NCBI GenBank assembly: GCA_963798085.1
Contig: CAWCRS010000003.1
Coordinates: 544,001 to 608,000 of the forward strand
Origin: an uncultured Gemmatimonadales bacterium
Lineage (GTDB): Bacteria > Gemmatimonadota > Gemmatimonadetes > Longimicrobiales > RSA9
DNA: 64,000 bases
Reading direction: 5' to 3'
Below are positions 1 through 8,682 of this stretch, in pieces. Made by a program: the position numbers and the translations under genes. Under the pieces are notes generated by a model. It was not told the DNA's origin, made no database searches, and worked only from the letters and a program-made list of their open reading frames with translations. The stretch's first letter is position 1, and the number at the start of each line of letters is the position of its first letter.

Positions 1-917
1 TGCATGCGCCGCGTATTGCGCCAGAGCGCGTCCCGCCGCTCCGGCTCGTCCTCAATGATCTCGAGCGCGGCCAGTGCCGCCGCCACCGCTGCGGGCGGAT
101 TGCTGGCACTGAAGATGAGCGAGCGGGCGTGGTGCTTGAGATAATGGATCACATCCTCCGGACCGGCGACCGCGCCCCCGATGGATGCCAGCGACTTGGA
201 GAACGTGAGCATCATCAGCGAGACGCGATCTTCCATGTGGAAATGCTGCGCCGTGCCGCCGCCCCGCTCACCCAGCACGCCGAATGCGTGTGCATCATCC
301 ACCATGATCTCGGCGCCGTAGCGCTCGGCCAGGGCCATGACACCGGGCAGATCGACAATGCTGCCTTCCATCGAGAAGATGCCGTCGGTGACAATGAGCT
401 TGCCGGCTTCGGATGGCGTACGTGCGAGCTCGCGCTCGAGCGAGCGCAGGTCTCCATGCGGATAGCGGTGCACGGTGCCGAAAGCGAGTCGCGCACCATC
501 CACGATGCTGGCGTGGTTGAGCTTGTCCGAGAACAGGTGATCCTCACGCTGAACGAGCGCCGAGATCACACCCAGGTTGGTCTGGAAACCGGTGCTGAAT
601 ACGAGCGCGGCTTCCTGATTCAGGAAGCGCGCGAGTCTTTCCTCGAGCTTCTCGTGGAGATCCAGCGTGCCGTTGAGAAAGCGGCTGCCCGTGCAGCCGC
701 TGCCATACTTCTTGAGCGCCGCATGCGCGGCGGCAATGACTTTCGGATGATGTGTCAGCCCCAGGTAGTTGTTCGAGCCCACCATGATCTTCTTTTCACC
801 GCGGATCAGGACTTCGGTGTCGTAGGAAGCTTCGATGGGCACGAAATAGGGATAGTATCCGGCGGCCTGGACCTCCCTGGCCTTCGTGAACCGGTAGCAC
901 TTTTCGAAAAGGCTCAT
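1..917 (-). CDS. spt: Serine palmitoyltransferase-like PLP alpha-oxoamine synthase (3' end runs off the window)
   Basis: Not in the ORF track; translated by hand from ATG 917 with GGAG RBS: MSLFEKCYRF...YYPYF...GSNNYLGL...GSRFLNGT...NHASIVDG...DDAH...TFSKSLASIGG...ARSLIFSAS. The TFSKS PLP-lysine motif is typical of bacterial SPT rather than KBL/BioF. Confidence 0.7.
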   Translation of the reverse strand, partial: MSLFEKCYRFTKAREVQAAGYYPYFVPIEASYDTEVLIRGEKKIMVGSNNYLGLTHHPKVIAAAHAALKKYGSGCTGSRFLNGTLDLHEKLEERLARFLNQEAALVFSTGFQTNLGVISALVQREDHLFSDKLNHASIVDGARLAFGTVHRYPHGDLRSLERELARTPSEAGKLIVTDGIFSMEGSIVDLPGVMALAERYGAEIMVDDAHAFGVLGERGGGTAQHFHMEDRVSLMMLTFSKSLASIGGAVAGPEDVIHYLKHHARSLIFSASNPPAAVAAALAALEIIEDEPERRDALWRNTRRM

Positions 918-944
918 CCTGTCTCCAAAGGCTGAAGCGCGAGG

Positions 945-1931
945 CTACAACCAACCGTTTTCCCTGTACCAGCTGGCGGTCTGCTCGAGACCGCCGGCCA
1001 GCGACACTTGTGCGACAAACCCGAGTTCGCGTTGTGCGGTTTCCGTTTCGCACAGCCAGCCCGGGGCGAGGAGCTCGCGCACCTTATCCCGGTTGAACAG
1101 CGAACTAGTTCCAAACAGGCGGCCCGTTGACTCCGCAACCCCTGCCGCGGCAGAGATCACGGCGGCGGGGACACGCACGAGGCGAGCCCGCCGGCCAACT
1201 GCCTTGCCAATGAGCCTTGCCACCTCCTCCCAGGTGTAGACGGCAGGCTCTGCAATGTGAAACAGCCCGCCAGTCGCGGGCCCCTGCGCCGCGCGCACGA
1301 TGGCGTCGGCCAGGTCCGACACGTGCACCAGCTGCAACCTGCGCGGCGGCCCGGCCGGTATAGGCAGAATGCCGAACGAGGCCAACCGAAAAAACCTCAG
1401 GATTTCCCGGTCCCGCGGTCCATAGACGGCCGGGGCGCGCAGTATGAGCACTTCGACCTCGCCGTCCGCCTCACGGGCGGCAGCCTCTCCGGCGAGCTTG
1501 CTCCGGCCATATGCCGTCAACGGCCTGGGCTTGTGATTCGGCCCGACGGGCTGACCGTCCGTACTCGGGCCGGCAGCGGCCAGCGAACTTAGATAGACAA
1601 ACCGCCGGGGTCGGGGGTCGGCGGTACGAGCCGCATACGCCAGGTTGCGAGTACCGGCAGCGTTGACCTGATCGTATTCGTCCACCGAGCGGGCATGCGT
1701 CAAAGCAGCGAGATGCACAACGACATCGACGCCCGCTACCGCCCGCCGAAGCGTGTCCGGGTCACCCAGCGCACCCACGACAACATCGGCGCCGACCTGC
1801 TGGAGCAACCGGGTGTTACTCGTCCGGCGCACCAGTGCCCGGGGGCGGTTCCCGAGCCGGGCGAGGCGTTCGACGACGTGCGATCCGACGAACCCGGTCG
1901 CCCCGGTTAACAAAATCTTCAAACCGGCCAC
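945..1931 (-). CDS. NAD-dependent epimerase/dehydratase (extended SDR)
   Basis: TGATGFVG Rossmann motif, YLSS, YGRSK catalytic YxxxK, VYGP. Start reassigned to GTG 1931; 27 nt upstream of spt. Confidence 0.9.
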   Translation of the reverse strand: MAGLKILLTGATGFVGSHVVERLARLGNRPRALVRRTSNTRLLQQVGADVVVGALGDPDTLRRAVAGVDVVVHLAALTHARSVDEYDQVNAAGTRNLAYAARTADPRPRRFVYLSSLAAAGPSTDGQPVGPNHKPRPLTAYGRSKLAGEAAAREADGEVEVLILRAPAVYGPRDREILRFFRLASFGILPIPAGPPRRLQLVHVSDLADAIVRAAQGPATGGLFHIAEPAVYTWEEVARLIGKAVGRRARLVRVPAAVISAAAGVAESTGRLFGTSSLFNRDKVRELLAPGWLCETETAQRELGFVAQVSLAGGLEQTASWYRENGWL

Positions 1932-2089
1932 GCTTCGGCCTCTAAGCTGACGGCGAAGCCAGCAAAAGGCAATGATCCGGGGCCGCTTCCCGCTCCTTGC
2001 CTGACGCCAGTTCCGGCTCGCAGATTCGCGCCGAATCGCGGGTTGCAGCATCCGCCCTGAAGTGATGCATCCACCCCAGGAGGCGCGCC

Positions 2090-2371
2090 TTGCCCTTGCT
2101 CGACGAGAACGAAATCGCACAGGCACTCGCGACGGTCGACGGCTGGATTCGCGAGGGCGCGACCATCCGCCGTACGATCGAGTTCAGTTCCTTCAGGGAT
2201 GCCATGGCGTTCGTGAATCGTGTCGCCGAGCTGGCGGAGCAGGCGAACCACCACCCCGACATCGACATCCGGTACTCGCGCGTCAGCCTGGCACTTTCCA
2301 CGCACAGCGCAGGCGGCCTCACACGACGGGATTTCAGGCTGGCGCACACGATCGACGGCATAACCCGCTGA
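2090..2371 (+). CDS. phhB: Pterin-4-alpha-carbinolamine dehydratase
   Basis: AEQANHHPDI and LSTHSAGGLT..D motifs; AGGAGG RBS upstream of the TTG start. Confidence 0.93.
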   Translation: MPLLDENEIAQALATVDGWIREGATIRRTIEFSSFRDAMAFVNRVAELAEQANHHPDIDIRYSRVSLALSTHSAGGLTRRDFRLAHTIDGITR

Positions 2372-2417
2372 TCGGCGGTTCGCCCGTACGCTCCTTCGGC
2401 ATTTCCGGTTTCCGGTC

Positions 2418-3755
2418 TCACGACTCGGCCGCGATCGCTGAGTCCAGCACGTTCAGCGCAAAATCGAGCTGATCATCGGTGATTACGGCGGGCGGCGTGA
2501 TCGCCAGTACCTCGCCCCGCTCGCCCTCTGTCAGCACCAGCACGCCCGCTGCCTGTGCGCGAGCGGCGACGCGCGCCGCTGCGCCCTCCTGCATTTCGAC
2601 AGCCTGGAGCAGCCCGACGCCTCGGCATTGCTTCACCTGCTGGAAGCGCGAACGCCAGAGGGCTGCGCGTTGCGCGATGCGGTGGCCGAGTCGCGTTGCG
2701 GCCGCCAGCAATTGCCTGCGCTCGATCTCGTGCAGCTGCGCCAGCGCGGCCGCGCAGGCGGCAGGATTGCCCAGAAACGTGCTCGTATGGATGGCTTCGC
2801 CACGCGATCGCGGCCACGCTGACATTGTGCGTGGACTGCCAATGGCTGCACTCAGCGGCAGGCCGCCGGTCAGCGCTTTCCCGACGCACAGAATATCCGG
2901 CACGACGGACCAGTGTTCGCACGCGAACCAATGCCCCGTGCGGCCGAAGCCCGTGTAGATCTCGTCGAACACGAGTAGCCGGCGCTCGCCATCGCACAGG
3001 TCGCGCAGGCCGGCGAGGAATCCTGGCGTTGGTACGACAATGCCGCCTCGACCCTGGATCGGTTCGACCAGTACGCAGCCGATCGGGGTGTCACTTGAGT
3101 CGGCTTCCTCGAGCATCCCGCGCAGCCTGTCCAGCGCGGCGGCCTCGCGAGCCCGATCGTCGTCGCCTCTCGACTCAGGAAAAGGTGCGAAGCGCACTCC
3201 ATCGAAAAGCTGTCTCTGGAACGGAGCGCGGAAATCGCTCCTGGCGGTGGTGGCGAGTGCGCCGTATGTAAGTCCATGGTATCCACGCTCGAATGCCACG
3301 ATGCCGGGTCGGCCGGTGTACAGGAGCGCAGTCTTGAGCGCCGCCTCGACCGCTTCCGCTCCCGCGCTACCGAGGATGGCTACGCCGAGTTCGCCAGGAG
3401 CGAGCTGAGCAAGGTGCTCGAGCAGTTCCACTTTGACGGCGGCCGGATGCACATCGCCCAGCGCGTGCGGCAGCGCGACCATCTGCGCACCAACCGCATG
3501 CGCCACAGCGGGGTTTGCGTGACCGGCATGGGCTACGCCGAACCCGGCGGTGAGGTCGACGAAGATATTGCCATCCACATCGCGCACGAGGGCGCCGGCG
3601 GCATCGGACCAGAAGACCGGGCCATCGTCGGCGATACGCGTGATGTTGCGGCACTCGACGCGCGCCAGTCGTTCGGCGAGGGCTTTCAATGCAGGGCCGG
3701 GAATGGCGGTACGGATCCGGGCGACTGATTCGGCCGGCAGCTCCGTCGACATCAT
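2418..3755 (-). CDS. Class III PLP aminotransferase (GabT/ArgD-like)
   Basis: DVDGN.FVD, GAEAVEAALK, GYHGLT, EPIQGRGG, FDEIYTGFGRTG, GKALTGG, HTSTF.GNP. Confidence 0.92.
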   Translation of the reverse strand: MMSTELPAESVARIRTAIPGPALKALAERLARVECRNITRIADDGPVFWSDAAGALVRDVDGNIFVDLTAGFGVAHAGHANPAVAHAVGAQMVALPHALGDVHPAAVKVELLEHLAQLAPGELGVAILGSAGAEAVEAALKTALLYTGRPGIVAFERGYHGLTYGALATTARSDFRAPFQRQLFDGVRFAPFPESRGDDDRAREAAALDRLRGMLEEADSSDTPIGCVLVEPIQGRGGIVVPTPGFLAGLRDLCDGERRLLVFDEIYTGFGRTGHWFACEHWSVVPDILCVGKALTGGLPLSAAIGSPRTMSAWPRSRGEAIHTSTFLGNPAACAAALAQLHEIERRQLLAAATRLGHRIAQRAALWRSRFQQVKQCRGVGLLQAVEMQEGAAARVAARAQAAGVLVLTEGERGEVLAITPPAVITDDQLDFALNVLDSAIAAES

Positions 3756-3774
3756 TGCGGGGAAAACGGAGCGT

Positions 3775-4230
3775 TCAGTCGCGGCGACGGGCGAGCAGCG
3801 CCGCTACGGTGCCGATCGCCATGCCCGCGATGGCAGCGCCGCCCAGCAGCACAGCCCGCTGGCGCAATTCACCGTCGCGAGCCTCGGCATAGCGCACATT
3901 GTCAGTGGCGCTGGAGGTGCGCGAATCGCCGCGGCCAACGCCGCCGGTCACAGCGACTGGCGACGATGCATCCGATGCGTGTGCGTCAGAGGTCAGGGTG
4001 CGCTGCGCGCCGCAGTCGGCGCACACCGTCTGTCCGGTGCGCCGGGCCAAGCGGTTCTCGTAATTGAGGTCGCCGCCACAACGTTCGCAATGGCTTCCCG
4101 AGGCGAGTGGCTTCACCGATTCGTACAACGCACGACGCGACAGGTCGAAGCGCGCCGCGATTTCCGCCACGGACGCATCCGACTCCCAGTAAAGGTGATT
4201 CGCTTCCGTGGCTGCACGGCCAGCGGTCAT
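3775..4230 (-). CDS. Hypothetical protein: N-terminal HTH-like segment, zinc ribbon and C-terminal TM helix
   Basis: ATG 4230 with GGAGG RBS; SVAEIAARFDLSRRALY, CERC...CADC, hydrophobic tail ending ARRRD. Confidence 0.65.
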   Translation of the reverse strand: MTAGRAATEANHLYWESDASVAEIAARFDLSRRALYESVKPLASGSHCERCGGDLNYENRLARRTGQTVCADCGAQRTLTSDAHASDASSPVAVTGGVGRGDSRTSSATDNVRYAEARDGELRQRAVLLGGAAIAGMAIGTVAALLARRRD

Positions 4231-4422
4231 GGGCGCCTCCGGGATTGATGGGCAGTCATGATATAGCTGGGTGCGGGTCGCGGGCCAAGTCCGCAGGGAT
4301 CGGACCAGGGACGACGGATCGGCCCGGCTGCGCGGTTCGCGACTGCGTCCCGGCTGCTGGGCAGGCGTTGCCAGCGCGGAAGACGCGGTGCAGGATTCGC
4401 CCTCATTCGGCAACGCAACGAC

Positions 4423-5364
4423 ATGGAGGACGTACACGTGGAATCGGGCCGGCTGCGCCCGCGCGCGCTGCGCGCCGGGTCACGTGTCGCGCTGGTGGCG
4501 CCAGCGGGGCCGTGCACGGAGGAGCGCATCGAGGAAGCGACAGGACGTTGCGCCGCGCTTGGCCTGGAATCGGTGACGGGGAAATTCGTACGAGAGCGCC
4601 GCGGCTACCTCGCGGGCACCGACGAGCAGCGCCTTGCAGATCTTGACTGGGCCTTCCGCGACCCCGGCATTGACGGCGTGTGGGCGTTGCGCGGCGGATA
4701 CGGAACGATGCGTCTGCTGGACCGTCTCGATATGAGCGCGATCCGTTCCCGGCCGCGGGCTTTCATCGGCTTCAGTGATAACACCGCATTGCATCAGCTG
4801 CTGGCGCGCGCCGGTGTCGTGTCCTTTCTTGGCCCTCATGCAGGGGGACCGTTTCCGGTCTTCTCCCGCGCAGCGCTGCACAGTACGCTGTTCGATGCCT
4901 CGCCGGCCGGCGTGCTCCGCATTCCGGCGGGCGGTACGCCCTGTGCTCTCGTGCCCGGTCGAGCCGAAGGGCGGCTGATGGGTGGCAACCTGACAATGCT
5001 GGCGTCTCTCTGCGGGTCGCCGTTTGCTCTGCGCGCCGAGGGGGCCGTGGTGGTACTCGAGGATGTCAACGAGCCGGCCTACCGTATCGACCGCGCCCTC
5101 ACGCAGCTGCGACTGTCCGGCGCACTGACAGGCGCGAAGGCCATGGTGCTGGGCGGCTTTACTCAGGAAAATGGCGCTACGGCCGGGTCCGGGCAGGACA
5201 TCATCGAAGTGCTGACGGAATTGACGAGACCATTCGCGATTCCGGTTCTGGCCGGGATGCCGTTCGGGCATGTGCAGGAGCAGTGGTGCCTGCCGCTGGG
5301 AGCGCGGGCCATCGTCGACGCGGACGCGGGGACGGTCGAAATTCTGGAGCCGGCGGTCGCATGA
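4423..5364 (+). CDS. ldcA: LD-carboxypeptidase (peptidase S66)
   Basis: RGGYG, GFSDNT (catalytic Ser), GGNL, LEDVNE (Glu), FGH (His). Confidence 0.93.
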   Translation: MEDVHVESGRLRPRALRAGSRVALVAPAGPCTEERIEEATGRCAALGLESVTGKFVRERRGYLAGTDEQRLADLDWAFRDPGIDGVWALRGGYGTMRLLDRLDMSAIRSRPRAFIGFSDNTALHQLLARAGVVSFLGPHAGGPFPVFSRAALHSTLFDASPAGVLRIPAGGTPCALVPGRAEGRLMGGNLTMLASLCGSPFALRAEGAVVVLEDVNEPAYRIDRALTQLRLSGALTGAKAMVLGGFTQENGATAGSGQDIIEVLTELTRPFAIPVLAGMPFGHVQEQWCLPLGARAIVDADAGTVEILEPAVA

Positions 5365-5422
5365 CCTGCGAACCGGCGCATGGGCCGGTGCGCAAGCGTG
5401 ACTCGGCATCGTCGCCTGAACA

Positions 5423-6028
5423 GTGGATATGCTGATGAGCGACCACCGGATCTACACGCGTACCGGTGACGCCGGCGAAACCGGCCTCTTCGGCGGCGGC
5501 CGCGTTTCGAAGTCGCATCCGCGTGTCGAGGCCTACGGCGGTGTGGATGAGCTGAACGCATCACTGGGCTGGGCGCTCACGCAACTGCGCGACGACTGGA
5601 TCCGCGCGCGGCTGCGACAGATTCAGACAGTGCTGTTCACGGTCGGCGCGCATCTGGCCACGCCTGCGGAACGCGAGGGTCGGCCTCGCCCCGAGTTGCC
5701 GGAACTGCCCGAGTCGCTGCCCGCCGACATGGAGACATGGATCGATGAAGCCGAAGGTGAACTGTCGTCGCTGCGCTCGTTCATCCTGCCGGGCGGCGCA
5801 CCGGGCGCGGCCGCCCTGCATGTGGCTCGCACGGTCTGCCGGCGGGCCGAGCGCGGGGTGGTAGAGCTGAGCCAGTCGGAGCCCGTAGAGCCGCTGGTTG
5901 TCGTTCTGCTGAATCGATTGTCGGACTTTCTTTTCGTGGCTGCACGGCGGGAGAACCGAATCAGCGGGCGCGAGGATGTGCCCTGGGATCCTGCGGGTCG
6001 CGGAGAGAAGCTGGAGCGCGGCGGATAG
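5423..6028 (+). CDS. pduO: ATP:cob(I)alamin adenosyltransferase, PduO type
   Basis: IYTRTGDAGET, YGGVDELN, FILPGG, ARTVCRRAER, LNRLSDFLF. True start may be ATG 5435. Confidence 0.93.
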   Translation: MDMLMSDHRIYTRTGDAGETGLFGGGRVSKSHPRVEAYGGVDELNASLGWALTQLRDDWIRARLRQIQTVLFTVGAHLATPAEREGRPRPELPELPESLPADMETWIDEAEGELSSLRSFILPGGAPGAAALHVARTVCRRAERGVVELSQSEPVEPLVVVLLNRLSDFLFVAARRENRISGREDVPWDPAGRGEKLERGG

Positions 6029-6621
6029 TGGAGGAGGACCGCGCCCAGGCAATGGCGACCCGGCTGCGTCGGTCCGCGGAACGGGCCGGGATCGATGGTA
6101 CGGCAATCGGCGATCTGAGTGTTGCGTATGAGAAGATCGTGCGCCTGCGTTCAGCGGCCTTTCCGGACCCCGGCGAACAGGCACTGCTGCACCCTGCGCG
6201 AACCGCGTTGATCCTGCTCGAGGACCTGACGGTCATCGACGTCGCCATGCTGTGCGCCGGGCTGTGGTACGACTCGCTGCGTGCTGACCTCTGCCTGCCG
6301 GCGGTGGAGGCACGCAGTCTGTCACCGGAAGGCGCCGCGGCACTGCTGGCGTCGCTTCCTCCTGACGGACTCGAAGACGCCGAGCTGCTGGAGCAGCTTG
6401 TCGTCGCCGATTCGCGGGTACTGCTGATTGCGCTGGCGGAACGGCTGGACCACGCGCGGCACCTTCATCTCATGCCGCGCGAAGAGTGGACCGATTTCCA
6501 TCGCCAGGTGCGCGACATCCATTTGCCGCTGGCGCAACGGGCGCACCCCAGGCTGGCGCGTCGTTATGATTGGTGGACTGCAACCTTCGCGCGCCGCTTT
6601 CTCGAGAACCCGACAAGCTGA
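6028..6621 (+). CDS. Degenerate HD-domain protein (RelA/SpoT-hydrolase/Mesh1-like fold)
   Basis: LLHPARTALIL, AGLWYDSL (in place of AALLHDxxED), LIALAERLDHAR (cf. KLADRLHN.R); overlaps the pduO stop by 1 nt. Confidence 0.55.
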   Translation: MEEDRAQAMATRLRRSAERAGIDGTAIGDLSVAYEKIVRLRSAAFPDPGEQALLHPARTALILLEDLTVIDVAMLCAGLWYDSLRADLCLPAVEARSLSPEGAAALLASLPPDGLEDAELLEQLVVADSRVLLIALAERLDHARHLHLMPREEWTDFHRQVRDIHLPLAQRAHPRLARRYDWWTATFARRFLENPTS

Positions 6622-6701
6622 TGCGCACTTGCGGCCCGACCCGACCGCGTGCAGACTCTTCGCGGAATTGAACCAGCCGATGTCGGCGGAGGAGCCAGGC
6701 A

Positions 6702-6935
6702 ATGACGTATGTGATTGCGGAGCCCTGCATTGGGACCAAGGACGCGAGCTGCGTCGAGGTTTGCCCGGTGGATTGTATCTACGAAGGCGACGACCAGTAC
6801 TACATCCATCCCGACGAATGCATCGATTGCGGCGCGTGTGAACCGGAGTGTCCCGTGACGGCCATCTTCCCGGACACGGACGTGCCACCCGAGTGGACGG
6901 ATTACGTGGAGAAGAACCGCGTGCACTTCGGTTGA
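6702..6935 (+). CDS. fdxA: Dicluster (7Fe/8Fe-type) ferredoxin
   Basis: [27 protein letters not shown]...[21 protein letters not shown]. Confidence 0.95.
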   Translation: MTYVIAEPCIGTKDASCVEVCPVDCIYEGDDQYYIHPDECIDCGACEPECPVTAIFPDTDVPPEWTDYVEKNRVHFG

Positions 6936-6989
6936 GCCGCGCGCCGCTGTGGCCGCGCAGATCCGCTGACGCGCGAACCGGCAGTGCCC

Positions 6990-7030
6990 AAAAAAAATGC
7001 GCCGGCCCCTGCATGGGAGCCGGCGCATTT
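6990..7030. terminator. Intrinsic terminator between convergent genes
   Basis: AAATGCGCCGGC...GCCGGCGCATTT inverted repeat with an A8 run (a U-tract on the minus strand). Confidence 0.8.
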
Positions 7031-7053
7031 CGCCCTTACCGCGGCCGGCGGCG

Positions 7054-7206
7054 TCAGAGCCCGGCGGCGCGGATGGCGTCCAGTTGACGGGTGGCCGACT
7101 GAGAGTTGTCGGAACCCTGCATCTGAAGCGCCTCGCGGTTCCGCGTCAGGAGCAGACTCGCGGCAACCGCGGCAACGGCCAGCAGACTTACACTCAAGGT
7201 GCGAAT
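7054..7206 (-). CDS. Small (47-50 aa) single-pass membrane protein, not in ORF track
   Basis: (I)RTLSVSLLAVAAVAASLLLTRNREALQMQGSDNSQSATRQLDAIRAAGL*; perfect AGGAGG at 7212-7217; ends just before the terminator. Start is ATT 7206 or TTG 7197. Confidence 0.55.
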   Translation of the reverse strand: MRTLSVSLLAVAAVAASLLLTRNREALQMQGSDNSQSATRQLDAIRAAGL

Positions 7207-7644
7207 CTCAACCTCCTGTCTGTGTTCTCAGGAACGGGGATCGGGCGGTTCCAAGCCGCTTTCAGCGCATTTCGCGTGCCGTCCCCAGGCCCTGACGCAA
7301 TGCGCGTTCGGACGCGTAGTTGCGCCAGCATTACAACGCATGATTCCATGGTGAAGTGACAACTGCGTGCACTCACCTGCAACGTTGTGGTAACCAGTCG
7401 TCGCAACGTTGCGTTCTGCCGCATCGGTCGCGAGAATGCGAGGCACTGAGCAAGAACGCGCAATCGATACGCCTCGTGGGCCATCTCCTGTCTCAATGCG
7501 AGTGTGTCGTTTGCTGTTCCCGTACCATAAGGCGCCTTGCGCCGCTCCATCCCGACACGCCATTCGTCGCCGGCCACCGAACACAACCGGAGAAGCCGAC
7601 AGGAGTCGTTCGATGGCGTGGGCGCGAAAGGGAGGCAAAGCGAA

Positions 7645-8136
7645 ATGAGCGAGGCCACAACCGGCCGATCGCCGCGGGAGTCTGCCTCGGTCATCAGCGA
7701 GCTGATGATGCCGAACCAGGTGAACAACCTGGGCCATGTCTTCGGTGGCGTGGTGCTTTCCATGGTGGACCGGGCGGCGGCGGTTGCGGCCATGCGACAC
7801 GCCGGCCGCATCGCCGTCACGGCATCCATCGATCGTGTGGATTTCCGGCAGCCGATCTACGCCGGCGAGCTGGTGACGTGCAGTGCGCGCGTGAACTACG
7901 TGGGCCGCACTTCGATGGAGGTGGAGGTGACGGTAATGGCAGAGAATCTCCTGACGCGAACGAGCCGGCTGACCACGACCTGCTACCTGACCTTCGTCGC
8001 CATCGACAAGCACCATGAGCCGACGCCGGTGCCTCCGCTGCTGCTGGAAACGGATGAAGAGCGGCACCGGTGGAAGGAGGCGGAGCTACGGCGTGCCTCG
8101 CGGCTGGAGCTGGGCGTGAAGCTGGGGCGGGCGTGA
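7645..8136 (+). CDS. Acyl-CoA thioesterase (hotdog fold, YciA-like)
   Basis: N..GHVFGG...MVD, VTASIDRVDF, GRTSMEV, TFVAID; ATG 7645 with GGAGG RBS. Confidence 0.92.
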   Translation: MSEATTGRSPRESASVISELMMPNQVNNLGHVFGGVVLSMVDRAAAVAAMRHAGRIAVTASIDRVDFRQPIYAGELVTCSARVNYVGRTSMEVEVTVMAENLLTRTSRLTTTCYLTFVAIDKHHEPTPVPPLLLETDEERHRWKEAELRRASRLELGVKLGRA

Positions 8137-8204
8137 TGCTTCGCCGGCCGTACGGGGTACGTTGGCATTCCCTGTAAATCGCACCCGGAGTCGGAGAGAG
8201 GGGA

Positions 8205-8675
8205 ATGGCGCTGAAAGCAGGTGAGCTGGCTCCCGACTGTCGCGTGGCTTTGCGGCCGCGGCAATGGGTCAGCCTGAAGGACTTCGTGGGCGAGAAGCCC
8301 GTGGTGCTGCTCTTCTTTCCGCTGGCGTTTTCCTCGACGTGCACGAGCGAAATGTGCACGATCGCGGAAGACTGGAGCTCGTGGCAGGGTCTGGGCGCGC
8401 ACATCTTCGGCATCAGCGTGGACTCGCCCTACGCCAACGCGAAGTTTGCGGAGGAGACCGGAGCGCAGTTCCCGATTCTCTCGGACTTCAACCGCGAAGC
8501 CTCTCGCGCCTATGATGTGCTGCGCGCGGACCTGGGTGGACTGCTCGAGGTTTCGGAGCGCGCGGTCTTCGTCATCGACCGGAGCGGGCGGATCTCGTAC
8601 GCCTGGCTGGGCGAGAATCCGGGTGTGTTTCCTCCGCTCGAGGAGATCAAGGACGCGGTGCGGCGATTGAACTAA
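8205..8675 (+). CDS. Peroxiredoxin (AhpE/BCP-like redoxin)
   Basis: FFPLAFSSTCTSEMC, GISVDSP, LSDFN, ERAVFVID. Confidence 0.9.
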   Translation: MALKAGELAPDCRVALRPRQWVSLKDFVGEKPVVLLFFPLAFSSTCTSEMCTIAEDWSSWQGLGAHIFGISVDSPYANAKFAEETGAQFPILSDFNREASRAYDVLRADLGGLLEVSERAVFVIDRSGRISYAWLGENPGVFPPLEEIKDAVRRLN

Positions 8676-8682
8676 CCGCGTG

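Noticed and set aside
129..935. 268-aa plus-strand ORF and similar long antisense ORFs (e.g. 16493-18610, 38097-39959, 58239-59450)
   Set aside because: Shadow ORFs of well-supported opposite-strand genes in high-GC DNA.
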